Of a DNA stretch of 64,000 nucleotides, positions 1 through 18,700 are shown piece by piece; position 1 is the stretch's first letter; every line of letters starts with the position of its first letter. A program made the position numbers and the translations under genes. The notes under the pieces are model-generated. The model had not been told where the DNA came from, made no database searches, and worked only from the letters and a program-made list of their open reading frames with translations. The stretch comes from Piromyces finnis finn (Eukaryota > Fungi > Neocallimastigomycota): contig MCFH01000039.1 of NCBI GenBank assembly GCA_002104945.1, positions 248,001-312,000 on the forward strand, given 5' to 3'.

Positions 1-1669
1 CCATAGTATTATCCACAATATTTAATCCGTAGCCTAGTACTGATTTATTTGACGATTGACTCTTATTCATTTGATTATTTTTAATATCCTCTAGGCTGTC
101 AATATTTAATATCTTACTTGAAGTTTGACTTTTATTTAGTTGCATATTTTTATTAATGTCTTCAAGAGTGGTATTTAAAAATGATTTATTTGAGGACTGA
201 CTTTTATTCAATCTATTTTCACGATTCCCTTCCAAGCTACTATTAAGGAAGGACTTCTTGGAGGATTGACTTTTATTTAATAGACTTTTACTGTCTTCCT
301 CATTATCACTATTCAAAAAAGATTTATTTAAAGATTGGCTTTTACCAAGAAGGTTACTTATAATGGAATTGTTTGATGAAGTTGCTTTATCTAAATTTAG
401 GGATAGAGAATTGGAAAAAACATTATTTTTTATGTTTGAATTATCAATGATAAAAGATTGAGAGGTTTTAGGAAGTGGAGGCTTAGATAGATGCTGGTTA
501 TTTAAAATACTAAAATTATTTAGATCTTCTTTACCACTTTGTTCACCCGTATAACTAAACAAAAATGAAGAATTTTGATCCTTGGTTTGTTTAGACGCTG
601 ATAAAATAATAGACGATAAACTATTATTTGTTTGATTATTTAGATTTTCATTAATTTGAGATTGATTAAAATTATTAAAATTTAAATCTAAATTTTTAAC
701 AATGGAATTGTCTGTTTTATTATTTATAATACTACTTTTTTCCGGAGATTTTGACAATAAATTGGTTGATTCAAGGTTAATTTTGGGTTTATTGGACAGT
801 GAATTAGATAAGGATAAATTAAAGGAAGAATTAATTTTACTATGTAACGATTCAACAGATTTATTTTCTTTAAATAATTCAACTAATGATTTTTTATTTC
901 CGATATTTATGTCATATAAGGAGGTATTGTTTGAATTAAGCTCTGACTTTAAAAATTCTGCTGTAGATACTTTATTGCTAAATGAACCCATACTTTTATC
1001 AATTTCATCTAAAAATGTATTATTTGTATTATTTTTATTTTTACAATTTAAATTATTTAATTGGCTGTTATTTTCTTTATCAGAATTAATACTTTTATTA
1101 ACACTATTGATATTAGTACTATTGTTACAAGTATTATTTTTATTATTATTATCACGGTCGTTGTTATTGCTTTTGCTGTTGCTATTGCTATTATTGTTTA
1201 AAATATTATTATTGTCCTGTATTATTATATTATCTTTATTGAATTTTAAATTTAAATTATCTTCCTTTTCAGATGTTGTTTTAATTATTTCAATTTTTGA
1301 ATAACTTTTATTTATTGAATCAAGATTTAATATTTTATTATTAATTAAATCAAAGTTAAAATCAATGTTATCGTCTTGACCAATGTTATTGTTCTTTTCT
1401 ACTTCTTCTTCTAAAATTCTATTTTCATTTGATTCGTCAAAGAAATTCATATCATTGAGCTCCTGTTTTATTTTCTCTATACTTACTTCAGGAGGTTCAA
1501 AAAGTTCAACGTCTCTTGAATGATCGGTTGATATATTAAATTGTAAACTTGAAATTTGAAAAATATCTGAATTAACTGTTTGATTTAATAATATATCAAA
1601 TTGTTCCTCTGTTAAAGAATTATCACTTATACGGTTAATATTATTTTCATTCGTCTGAACAATAGACAT
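1..1669 (-). CDS. Hypothetical N/S/K-rich low-complexity protein, partial (runs off the left window edge)
   Basis: ATG at 1669 (MSIVQTNENNINRISDNSLTEEQF...). The segments I translated by hand have no stop, down to ...QMNKSQSSNKSVLGYGLNIVDNTM at base 2. It is absent from the ORF track, consistent with having no stop in the window. The + ORF 702..1304 is its antisense shadow. Confidence 0.75.
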   Translation of the reverse strand, partial: MSIVQTNENNINRISDNSLTEEQFDILLNQTVNSDIFQISSLQFNISTDHSRDVELFEPPEVSIEKIKQELNDMNFFDESNENRILEEEVEKNNNIGQDDNIDFNFDLINNKILNLDSINKSYSKIEIIKTTSEKEDNLNLKFNKDNIIIQDNNNILNNNSNSNSKSNNNDRDNNNKNNTCNNSTNINSVNKSINSDKENNSQLNNLNCKNKNNTNNTFLDEIDKSMGSFSNKVSTAEFLKSELNSNNTSLYDINIGNKKSLVELFKENKSVESLHSKINSSFNLSLSNSLSNKPKINLESTNLLSKSPEKSSIINNKTDNSIVKNLDLNFNNFNQSQINENLNNQTNNSLSSIILSASKQTKDQNSSFLFSYTGEQSGKEDLNNFSILNNQHLSKPPLPKTSQSFIIDNSNIKNNVFSNSLSLNLDKATSSNNSIISNLLGKSQSLNKSFLNSDNEEDSKSLLNKSQSSKKSFLNSSLEGNRENRLNKSQSSNKSFLNTTLEDINKNMQLNKSQTSSKILNIDSLEDIKNNQMNKSQSSNKSVLGYGLNIVDNTM

Positions 1670-3243
1670 ATTCGTTTTTTTTTTTTTTTTTTTTTTTTTT
1701 TTGGTATTTTATATATATTATTTTAGTTGATTTATATTTATAATTTAGTTGAATTGGATATAAATAATTGTTAAATACAATATATTTTGATATAGGGAAT
1801 CAAAAAATTTTAATTCAATATTAAACATAATGATTTATAATTAAATTTACTTAATACATTTTTAATCTTATATAATAATAGTAGTTACTTTATTATTATC
1901 TTTTTATCTATATACAAATTATACAAATTTTTGGAAATAGCTTTATTTAAAAGTTGAGATTGAATGAATATTTAATTTTTACTCCTGCTTAAAAATATAA
2001 TAATTTTATTGAATTGATATATTTCTTTTTTTATTAAATATTTATAAATACAACGACGAAATGTGTTCTTTCTCTCTTTTTTTATTTAGTTTTTCTTTAT
2101 ATATAATTAATTATTCAATTATTATCCTTTCTACAAAATCTCGTTTTTTTTTTTTTTTTTATATTTAATTTGGTGTTTTTTTTAAGGTTATTAAAACTTT
2201 AAATTAAAAATGAAAAAAAAAAAAAAAAAAAATTCTTTAATATAAAAATTTGATGTAACACAAAAAATTAAAAAAATTTATTTATTTATTAATTTTTATA
2301 TACATTTATATAATTATCAATAAATTTATTTAAATTAATATTATTCATACATTTAAATAAGTAGATGAAATAAAAGAAAAAATGATAATGAATTATTATT
2401 AAGAAAAGTAAAAAAAAAAAAAAAAAAAAGAAAGAAGATATAAAATAAAAGAAATAATTATAAGTAAATATATAAAAATAGTTCCAATTCATTTTTTATA
2501 GTTTTTTTTATTTCAAAAAAAGATATAATATTATTAATTAAAATGGTTAGAATTTTTTTTTTTTTTTTATCTTTTTTAATAAATATTAAAACGAACAAAC
2601 AAACAATCGAATAACCGAATAACCGAATAAAAAGATATATACGTCTAATTAGAAGAGGGATTTTATAAAGTTTTATCAAAAAAAAAAAAAAAAACTTGAA
2701 TACCATTTAATTTAACCTTTTCAGAATGTTTACTTTTTTAATATATTAAAGTTTTAATTCAAGATATGATTTACCAACTAATTAATTGTCAAAAAACTTT
2801 ATAGAATTTATTTCTAATGTAAGACGTTCAAATAAATAATATTCAAATTGTATAAATTGTAGGATTAACTTTATTATTTAATGATTATTAAATATATAGT
2901 TAATTACTTTCAAATTATTTATTTGGTATTTAATAACATAAACTCCTATATTTTATTATTATAAATTAATCAATTAATTAGTCTAAATGATATATAAAAA
3001 AATCTTGTATCCCAACAATAGAAAAAAAAACTATTTAATTATATTATCATTCTTTTTACTTATTTTTTTTTTTTTTTTAATTTTCAAAATAATTATTAAA
3101 AGAAAATAAGAATAATAATAAAATAAAAAAAACAATAATAAAAAGAATTATTATAATAAGCTAAAACATCTTTTTTTTTTTTTTTAAAATATTTACTTTA
3201 TACAAAAAATAAAATAATAATATATAATAAAAATAAAAAAAAA

Positions 3244-3750
3244 ATGAATTTTAAAAAATTATTTTCATTATCTACTTTTTCAGCAGTAGTTTTATTTTGT
3301 TCAAAAATCAATGCACTTTCCTGTTCAAATACAGAAGTATTTCAAAATTGTATAAATCAAGTTTTTACTAATTCAAACGATGTTTGTCTCAGTCATGATT
3401 GTCAAGAAATTATTAATAATCAAGTTGTTTGTAGTGAACCTATTTTCGATATATATAAAGCATCTTTAACTTTATACTGTGCTAAAACTAAGAATGGTGA
3501 ATTTTGTCCGTACCATGAAATTATTGCAAAATCAATAGATCGTAACAATATTAGTGAAAGCATTAATATGGATTTTATATTAAAAGAAGCCATTTCTAAT
3601 ACTTGTGATATTTCAGAGTGTAAAACTTCTTTCTTTGATAATGCTAAAACTATTATTCTTAATTCCATTTTAATTGGTGAAAAACATTATGAAGATATCT
3701 CTACAAATTCACTATATAAAGAACTTTTAAGAATTTGTGAAAAAAAGTAA
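3244..3750 (+). CDS. Small secreted cysteine-rich protein (168 aa, intronless)
   Basis: Signal-peptide-like N-terminus (MNFKKLFSLSTFSAVVLFCSKINA), 10 Cys in the predicted mature region, motif LYCAKTKNGEFCP. Confidence 0.8.
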   Translation: MNFKKLFSLSTFSAVVLFCSKINALSCSNTEVFQNCINQVFTNSNDVCLSHDCQEIINNQVVCSEPIFDIYKASLTLYCAKTKNGEFCPYHEIIAKSIDRNNISESINMDFILKEAISNTCDISECKTSFFDNAKTIILNSILIGEKHYEDISTNSLYKELLRICEKK

Positions 3751-3972
3751 CAAAACAATAAATACCAATACTCTATATAAATAAAAATTATTTAAATAAT
3801 AATAGACATAAGTGTGTGTTTATTCTTATCTCCTAAAATAATTTTTAATAAAATGTCTTTTTTTTTTTTTTTTTTTAAATAGAGAAATAATAATAAAGAA
3901 AATAATAAAAACAATAAATGATTCATCTTTAAAAAAAGTTAAAGGGCTTGATTCAATTATATTTTAATAATA

Positions 3973-4003
<31 letters not shown>

Positions 4004-4332
4004 AAAAAAATTTATAGTGTTTCCTTTTTTTTTCTTTTTTTCTTTTTATTTTTATAAATGACTAAAATAATTGTATAATACGTATAATACTAGAATATGG
4101 TTAAAAAAAGAGTATATGAAAATAATTTTTAATGGTAATATTCATATATATATATTTGTGCAAACTATGCTTTATTATATATTTTCTTTTTTTTTTTATT
4201 ATTTATTATATTTTATTATATTTTAATGGTCATTTAGAATTTTGATTTTTGAATATAAAGGTTTGACAGATTACAGTATTTTTTTATTATATACTTATAT
4301 ATATTTTTATTTTATTTTATTGATAATATTAT

Positions 4333-8418
<4,086 letters not shown>

Positions 8419-9089
8419 TTTGTCTATATATATTTATTATTATTTTTTTTAATAAATAATACAAACTGAGATATAACTACAACAATAACAACAATAACAA
8501 CAACAACAACAATAATAATAATAATAATAATTAATAATAATTAATAAATGAATTGCTTTAAAGTTATTTTTTTCTCTCTCTTTTTACATATATATACCTT
8601 TTTCTTTATTTAGTAATTTTAATAATATTTATTTATTTGTTATGAATGACAGCCTTTTTTTTTTTTTTTTTAAAAATGTTCCCGTTTTTTTATTTACAGT
8701 AAAATAAAAAAAAACAAAAAATAAATAAATATTTAATTTATTAAATGTTATATAATTATATTAATTAATTAATAATTTTAATTTTAAGAATAATTCTAAA
8801 ATTATTTTTTTTTAAAAAATGAAAAAAATTATACAATAATTAAAAAAAAAAAAAATGGAATAAATTTTTATTTTTTTTATTGATTTTTTTTTTTTTGAAA
8901 AATAGATTAGAATAGTATTATTTATTATTTATACAATTAGGTCATCAAGGAGTAATTAAATTATTTACGCATAATAAACAATTTTAAAAATAATGAAATG
9001 GAAGGAAGAAACAAATCAACAATCAACTTTTGAATATTTTTTAAAAGATTAATGCCAAAAAAAAAAAATTACAAAAGTTTTTTTTTTTT

Positions 9090-11931
9090 TTAACAATTGT
9101 TGACATCTTTAAATTCTCGTTCGTTTGATAATGTCATTCGTTTATTTATATTTTCATTAAGTTTTCTAATGGCATCTTCTGAATTAACATCGAAAAATCC
9201 AAAAGTATTTCTTTTAATTGATTTTTCAGTTTCAACGTATAAATTAATATTACTATTAGCAGACAATTTAGTACTACAATTATCTTCTTGACATTTAATA
9301 TTGACAGAAAATTGGTCACTTTCTTTTGTATTTTTTCGACATAAATGAAGATTATCTTTAAATACATTTTTATTTCCATCATAGTCACTTTCACATATAG
9401 GACTCATTAAACCTATTCTATCATTTTTATCTTCTTTGTTTTGCTCGTCAAACATCGATTCACAAACATCAAATGTCACTGATTCAGTACTTGACATTTC
9501 CTTATTTATTTCGTTTTTAATTTTAGAGGCAGAATCAATAACAATTGATAATTTACAGTCATTTAACTTGACTTTACTTTTATTGTTATTATTCTTGGTA
9601 TATTCTTCTTCATTGTCTTCATCTTGTTCTATATGACTATTATCCTCCTGCTCGTTAGCATTTTCATTTGGTTCAACATAACTATTCTCATCTTTATTAT
9701 TTATGTTTTCTTCGACATAACTATTATCACATACTTCATTTGGAATATCTGTTACACTTTTTTCATTATTGAAATTTTCCATTTCATCATCCTTTAAATC
9801 TTGTATGGAAAGAAAAACTGATTCGTCATTGTCATAATCAGATTCATTATTTTCAACTTGAGGACCGACAGACTCATAGGAATCTTCGTCAACTAACGAA
9901 TCGTCAATATCCTCAACCATAACATTAACGGAATTATACTTATCTGCCTCATCATTACATTGAACTTTAAATGCCAATTGCTCTATTACATAAACATTAC
10001 TATTTGTTTTTACTAAATTTTTACTTATACGATTTCTTTTCTTTATATTTATGTTGTTTGATTCTATTGTAATGTTAAAATCTGCAGATGGTGATATTTC
10101 ATTAGCAGAAATTGGGGAATTTATGATGGGGGATGTACAATTAAGAGGCGATATTTTATATGGTGTTGTTTCTGAATCACTATTGAAATAATAATCTACG
10201 TTGTTACAGTTGTAGGTACCCTTTAGAATTATACTTTCTCTTAAACTACTTATTTTTGATGCTCTTTTGGAAGTTCCATTACCTTCCATATCAAATGGTA
10301 ATATAACCATTGAAGATCGATTTTGTGATATTCTTTTTTTAACTGCATTTTTATTTTTTCTTTTAATATTTTTTGATTGTCGGTTGATTTGTAATGCTTT
10401 TGAATTTCTTTTTGAAGAAATGTTTGACATTGAATCTCGTGTCTGACTTCTATTAATACGTTGACTACCAACAGATTCTGGATTTTGAATAGGACTAGAG
10501 AATTTAAAGGATTCATCATAATTTTTGAAAATTTTTGATACTTCTTGTGCAAATTCTGCTTCAAACATTAGGGATTCTGGTCTAAATTTAATTTCTGGAA
10601 GACAACTAGGATTCACCGATATTCTATTTTGGTTTAAATTTTTAACATTTGAATGTGGTCTGTTACTCATTTTTAATAGATTTGGATTTTTATTATCGTA
10701 TAAATTGCTCTTTTTATTGTTATATAAAATTGGACTTTTTTGATTGTAATCCTGATAGTAGTAATCATTGGATAATTCAACTTGCTTTTTATCAACTGAT
10801 GATCCTTCATCCTCCAATGCATTTTTCAAATTACTTATATCTCTAAGACTATTTTCCATTTCCTCCTCCTCCTCCTCTTCATTATCTTTATGCTTATTGA
10901 GCTCATGTTTACTCTCTTTTTTTTCCGTTTCTTTATTAATTTTATTAATAGATATATTTAAACTTTTAGTTTCTTTTTTCTCTTTATTTACTTCTTTTTC
11001 TTTTTCTGCTTTTTCTGCTTTTTCTCTTTCCTCTTTTTCTTCTTTTGCTTTTTCCTTTTTATTATCTTGTATTTTATGTATGATTGCAAATATAATAGCA
11101 CCAATAACCATGGCTACAAAAATAATAATTAATACAACATAAATTAAAACGGTATTTGAGGCTTCTTCTTCTGGAACCTCATCGATATTATCTTGCCTTT
11201 TAAAATATACATCTAGAATTATAAAATTATTAAAGTATATTTGATAGATTTAATATAATAAATTCATTTTCACACATACATATTTTTTTTTTTTTTTTAG
11301 AATATATTTTTATTTTTTAATAAACAGGTTTAAAACTTAACTATTCCTATTGTAATTATCTTCAAAACATTTTTTTATATATTTTAGTTGATATGTTTTT
11401 TTAACTTGTAGATTTTGACTAATGAGATTATAAATATTTTGTATATTACTGTAGTTATTGTTGTTGTCATTGTAAAACTTTTGTATATTACTGTGGTTGT
11501 TGTTGTTATAAATGCTTTTTTTTTTATTATGATTACAATTCATATAAAATACATTGCTACTAAATTTCTTCATATCTTTAATATTGGAGAAATATGTAAA
11601 TGCTATTATTTTATTTTTATTATTTTCTCTATGGATACTATATGTATTTATTAAATCGTGGTATTTATCATTATCATTCTTTTCACATAGTATTTTATTG
11701 ATATAGTTTAGGTTTACATCAAAATTCCTATATATATAGTTATTGTATATATAAAAAATTAATAAAAATAGATAAAGAAAAAAAAAATAAATAATAAATA
11801 ATTAGAAAATTTTCTTTCAAAATATCTAGTTAGGCATATATGTATTATAAAACTAACTTTGAATCAATAGAATCAAGATCAAAAACTGTAAAATTATTGT
11901 TTGAAATACATTGAATTAAAGAATTCTCCAT
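9090..11931 (-). CDS. Hypothetical single-pass membrane protein with a long disordered S/N/E-rich tail (5' end uncertain)
   Basis: The 673-aa ORF extends upstream in frame (VYFKRQDNIDEVPEEEASNTVLILCCINIIIFVAMVIGAIIFAIIHK, one TM helix). Phase-compatible GT/AG joins link it to upstream exons at about 11341-11730 and about 11856-11931 (MENSLIQCISNNNF...). Confidence 0.6.
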
Positions 11932-12652
11932 ATTTATTATTGTAGGGTAGTTTTAATAGAAGCGTTTTATTGTAATATATATTTAATTATTAAAAGTTTA
12001 TAAAGTTTTACAGAGAGTTATACCCTATTAACTTTGGATTGCTAAGGATGCTTTTCAAATCAAGTAGCAATAATTGCTTATATTATAAAATGGATAGTTT
12101 GACCTTTCTTTTTTTCTACTTTGTTTTATTTTCTAATAATAATAATGATAATAGTAATAATAGTAAACACGCATTTGTAAAACGTCAAATTGAATTCCAC
12201 TTTTTTTTTTTTTTAATTATAATTTAAATTCTAATAAAAAATAAAAATATATAAGTTTTAATTATAGAATTTTTTATCGCAACAAAAATATTTTAGATTT
12301 GTGGTGAAAAATAGAAAAAAAAAATTTTAATTTATTTTAATCAATTTTTTATTAAAATATAAATTTTAAAGTTTTGTAAATTAAAAAAGCAAAAACATAC
12401 ATATTTAAAATGAAGATGTCTCATATTTTTACAACTTTATTTTAACATGAGCAACAACAATAACAACAATAGCAGCATTAGCAGCAATAGTAACAACAAC
12501 AACAACAAAAAAATTGATTATTAAAATTTGTTAAAAAAAAAAAAAACTTTTTTAATAATATTACAGCAAAAAAAATTTATTATTAAGATTAAATTAAAAT
12601 ATTATGAACAATTATATACATTTATAGTAATAAGGGAATAGATGACTATTAA

Positions 12653-12686
<34 letters not shown>

Positions 12687-12702
12687 GCAAAAATTAAAAA
12701 AC

Positions 12703-15700
12703 TTATTCATCATCTTCATCATCATCTTCCTCTCTTTTTTCATATTTTAATGAAAGATCGTATAATTCATCTTCAGTATAAAAGGGTTGATTTTTGTATT
12801 TATCCAAGTTAATAATAAAGTCTTGAATAGGCTTTACAGGAATAAAATTAAATGTTTTATTTTGATAGTGCTTAATTTCATTTATAATTTTAGCTGCTTT
12901 TCTTCTCTTTTCAAAGTTTATATTTGAAGTTTTAGCAATGTAATCAGCATTACCAAGTTCTACAAAAGTTAAATCAGTAAAATAGACACCTATTATCACC
13001 ATTGTAAATACAGATAGTTTGTCATAGTTTAATATATAATTGGACATCATGATATTAATATAATAATATTATTAATAATAAATTAACATAATAATAATAA
13101 TAATAATATAATAATTAATGATTAAAAAAAAAACTACCCAAGAATGGCATAATTTGTTCGTTTTTATCATCAAGTTCTTTAAGTTTTTTTCTATAATTGG
13201 AATATTGACCTTTTGGACTAACAAGATCAGAAACATTTGAATATGATTCACTTAATTCTTTATTTTTTTCATTAAAAACCTAATAATTTTTTTATTTTTT
13301 TTTTTAAAAAAAAAAAATTATTATTTTTTTCTTATATAAAGTATAATAATAAAAATATTATTATTATTATTTTTGTTATAAGATTTATTTTATTTACTCT
13401 CCAAGTATTATGTAAACGATATACAGGTCCCATAGATAAACCTGCAACAATAGCGGTAACTCCATTGAAATTATTTATTTTGGAACATTCCTTTAAAAAA
13501 AAAAGTTAAGTCTTTAATATATTTTCAACAACAATCTATATTTATTTTATTATTTAATAGTTACAATAGCAAGTTGAGCAAAATATTTCAATGTATTTTC
13601 TCTTTCTTTTAATATTTCAGAATTCAATACACAACTAGCAACCCAAGTGGTTAACTAATTTATTAATTTATTATTATGTTAATCAAATTCTATTTTTTTT
13701 TATTAATAAATATGTTTCACTTTATTTACTTACTTGATTTGTATGGAAAATCATTCGACTAACATTGGGATATTCTAAAACATCACTAGGTTGTTTAAAT
13801 TCTTTTTGTCTTTTTGTTCCCCAAATTTGATCTAAACATTCTGTTCCAGTAACAGATTTATAATATTCACTTTCAATTAATGTTAATTGTCTTGCAAATT
13901 CTTTTTCTGGAATGGAAAAAATATAATGATTATCATTTTCTAATAAGGATTGAAGTTGATCTAAATTATTCATTGTTATATGTTTTGGTAAAACAGGTTG
14001 TTCTTCATTTTCGTTTTTGGATTTAGTATTATTTCCTTTTTTTAATAAAGGTTTCTATTATTTATTTATTTTTTTTAATATTTAATAATATTATTAATTA
14101 ATTATATATAATTTTTTTTATTAAAAATGTTATTATTTAATTTTTGAAAATAGAAAAAAAAACATTTAAATTGTTTAGTCTTTTTTTTTTTTTTATTAAA
14201 ATTAATTCTATGATGACTTACTTTTTTATCATTATTTTTACTAATATGTTTTAATTCTTTTGAGAATCCTTTTAATTCACTTTTTAAAGCTTCATCAACA
14301 AATGTTATATATTCATCAATGATATCATCATTCATACATGAATCTTCTAGCTTTAAAGTTTCTATCCATTTACCTATCATATTAACAATACTAATCATTT
14401 ATATTTTTTTTTTAAAAAAAAAAGATTATATAAAACAAAAAAATTATTATTAATAATAATATTTAAAAGTGATATAAAAATATATAACTATTATTTGTAC
14501 TTACTGAATTTGAGTTGGAATAATTTTTTTCTTTGACACAAGTTCATATTCAACATTATTAAGTTTTGAAGGAGGTTGAGTATTTTCATAATTTTTGATT
14601 ATATATTTATAAAGATCTTTGGATGATATAAATGAATGATGTGTCATTAAAAATTCATTATAGAATGAATCATCAATTCTAAAACCATTAATTTCTTCGA
14701 AAAAGTCATCTTTTTTTTTTTTTCATTTAAAAAATGAGATTTCAAAAAAAAAAAAAAAATTATTAACATAAAAATATAAAATAGATTTTATTATATATAT
14801 ATATTCTTTTTTTTTTCTATATATATATATATACCATTTGGCCATGATAAGCATTCAATTAATTTCATTAATTTTCCACCCTTTATTATTCTTACAGTAG
14901 ATTTTTCATCTTCAAATATTAAATCAGTTACATCTTCTTTTAATCTATTTTTAAGTTCATCACTTATTTCAATATTATCAACTTTAATTTCATTCTAAAA
15001 GTAATTATAATTATTTAAAAAAAAATAATTAGTATTCTATGTATTGTATTATGTTTTTTTTAATTCTTTTCCTATTTATAATATTTATTATTATAAATAT
15101 AAAAAAAAGGTTATAATAACATTTTTGAAATTAGCTTTTCCAAAGAATTTGAAATGTTTTCTTTGTTGATCCAAGTTTTTAATTTTTGAATCATTGACAA
15201 TTTTTTGAATCTTTTCTGAAGCTTTTTTAGCCATAAAGCCTAATAATCTAATTTTTTTCATACATGGTGGTAGAATATAATTTAAATTACTACATATTTG
15301 TTCACTATTCCAACATTGTTCATTATCTTCTTCTCCTTCTTTTTCTTCCTTTATATTAACAAATATACTATCAATTTTTTCTTCCAGATTTTTTATATCA
15401 TTTATTTGTTCAGTAAATATATTTTTTAAAGGATTTTTAATACATTTCTTTAAAAATCCCTCGACTTCTCCTGTTATATTTTTCATTTGTAAAATAATAA
15501 CATCTATATCTTCTTGAAGGAATAATTCATTTTCGGAATATTCATTTAAATAACTATTGCTATTAATTTCATAAATTAATATATCAATTTTTTCTCTTAA
15601 ATTATTAATTAATATACTAATGTTTTGATTGGGATGCATAATGGATTGAAGTAATTCTGTTGAAGCATGTTCAATATGATGAATATGATCATCAATATCC

Positions 15701-18700
15701 TTACAAAAGTCTAATTGATTATCATCCCGTTCAGTATTAAATTCTTCCATTGATAATGCTAGTTCATTCTTTTTATTATCATTTTCCATTTCATTATTTT
15801 TATTATCAATATTCTTTCCGTAATTTTTCAAATTATTTAATTGTTGGTATGTTTGGAAATCAGTGATATTCTCATTATCAAAGTTTTCTTCAATTTTATA
15901 TTCAAACTATTTAAACATAGGTTTTTGTTTTTAATAATAAAAAAAATAATATTAATTATTATATTTTAAAAAAAATTTTTTTAAAAGAAAAAAAAAAATA
16001 ATATAATAATATAAATAAATTGGTATTTACAGTTAATTCTGTATCAATTTTTTGAAAATATCCTGTGGCATTAGCTAATTTTGTGAGATAAAACGTTTCT
16101 TTAACTAAATTTATCATCTTTCCAACCATATTTTGTGATGCACCCATAGGAGGCCAGCAACTAATTGCAAATGTTGTATCATAATACAATTTATACAATT
16201 CATTATTTGTTCTTAAAAGCATATCTTTAATCTTTGCAATAAGCAAAGTATTATTAAATAAAGAATAATTATTTTTTTCTTTTTTATTATCGACATTATA
16301 GATAACAATAATTTTTGAAATTTCTTTTGTAAAGATTCCCAAGTAATATTCACATTTTGAGTATAAATACATATATTGAGATTTTTCATTTTTATTTACC
16401 AACTCAATTAATTGGAATGAACATCTTAAAATATTAAACCACATAGTATCTAGGTCTGTTCCATAAAGTGGAATTAATTGAATTAATTCATGAATTATTG
16501 GTGTATAATGACAATTTTCAAAAATTTCCTATAGTATTTATAATAAATGTATTGTAAAAAAAAATTATATTATTAAAAAAATTATATTATTAATATTATC
16601 CTATTATATTATTAGCATAAAATAGGATAATAAAAATAAATCATTTATTATTCTATTTTATTTTTATAACTAAATTATTTCCTATCACATTTTATTTCTT
16701 TTCTTTACCTCAATTTCGGTATATTTATTTTTGATTTTTTGATTTCTTTCTATACATATACTTTCATTTGACAGCATGGATGAATTATTTTTTTTAATTA
16801 TTGAACTACTAATAACATGTTTCATTTCTGGGTTATCATTTTTCAAAATGTAATGTTGATAAATGGATTGCATATCTTTAATATTTTTTTTATCCTGTTT
16901 AGTATAAATACTCGTTTTTTTTGAATTTTCTTTTAAAATTTGATTTTTAAGATGGGTTAATATTGTGTTTGCTGAATTACCATTATCCATAATTATACTA
17001 TCAATAAAATTTTCATTTACCATCCAATGATTATGACCTTTTTCTAATATTTTCATAAAAAATGCACAGTTAGAAATCCATGTAATGTCATTATCAAATT
17101 GGGCTCCTCTATTTAATAATTCATTCACAATATCAAATTTATATTTAAGGGTGGCAACCATTAAGGCTGTAGTATTACCAGGACCAACCGCTTTATTAAT
17201 ATCAGCTCCAAGATTAATTAGTGAAATAACAGTATTTTTTGATCCACTATAAGCAGCTGCAATTAATGGTGTAACTACAGAATGCGATTTTCCCTTTCCA
17301 TATATACTATTTACATCAGCACCATGTTTAACTAATATTTCACAAACTTTACTATGTCCTTTTAATGCTGCCCATATTAATGCTGGATATCCCATATTAT
17401 CACATGCATTAACATTGGCTTTTTTTTCAATTAGTTTTTCAACCACATTGACATGACCTCTGTAACTTGCTTTCATTAATGGTGTTGACCCATTTTCATC
17501 TGATTCTTCTATCATAGTTGAATCTAACAAAGAATATATATGTTCTTTATAAATTCCTAAATAGGCCATATTGAAAATAGTAAGATAATACTTTGGAAAA
17601 TATTTTTTATGGTTTTGATGATTTTTTTGTCTTTCATGAACATTACTAAAATTTGTATAGATAGAGTTATTATCAATATTGTAATCTTCATTGACCTTAT
17701 TTATCGTACTTCCAAATGTACTATTTCTAATGGAATTTGTGCTATCATTAATATTTTTGTCCAATATATTATGTAGTTTTGATATATTGTTGTTGTTATT
17801 TCTATTGCTGTCATCGTTATTATTATTATTCTTTAATTCTTTTAGATTTTCATTAGATGGTAATGAATTCGATATTTGAGATGGTATAATATTTTGACAT
17901 TCTCCATCATCAAAATTCAAAGAATACAACAACTTACTAACTTTTTGTCTTCTTGATTTTCCTTTTGTTGAATTATTACCATTATTATTGTTGTTATTAT
18001 CAATAGTGGTGGTGGTACTACTATTACAATTTTGATCAATAAGAGTTTTATTATCATTAGAATTTTCATCATTTTTTTGGGAATAATCCGCAACAAAATT
18101 CATATACTTTTCATTTTCATGCATTAATAAAATTTTATATATATCAGGAAATTCCATTATTTTTGCAATCATTCTTGGCTTAACATTACCATTATTTCTA
18201 ACATTTGGATCGGCACCTTTCAATAATAAAAGAGATACTAATTCATAATCATTTTGAATTGTTGCTAAATGAAGTGCTGTATTGCCGTAATCATCAAGTG
18301 GAGTATCAATACCATTTAACATTAAATTCCACGATTTTTTTATATTTTTCTTTAATTCATTTTCATTCATTCCCTACAGATATTTATAATAATTAGCACT
18401 AAAAATATTATAATATAAAAAAAAAAAAAAAAAGAATGCATATGCATTGCATTTTTTCAAAAAATAAAAATAATAATAGAGAGATATTTACAAGACAGGT
18501 ATTGAATAAAGATTGTCCATGAAATGATTCTCTGTCTATTTCATACATTGGAAGAGTAGAGACCCTATTTTCAAATTTATTTTCATTTTCTCTACTTTTA
18601 TATCAATTAATCAAAACTATTAATATATAACACTTTTATATTATATATCAAATATAAAAATTCTTTCATAATCATTATTATAACTATTTACCTCACTACA

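Noticed and set aside
702-1304. 200-aa Leu-rich + strand ORF and similar short ORFs (for example 29020-31272, 33402-35765, 10250-11142)
   Set aside because: They are antisense or alternative-frame shadows of real genes, caused by low-complexity codon usage.
2608-2631. (CGAATAAC)x3 in a divergent promoter region
   Set aside because: Too short to distinguish from slippage, and there is no supporting evidence of function.
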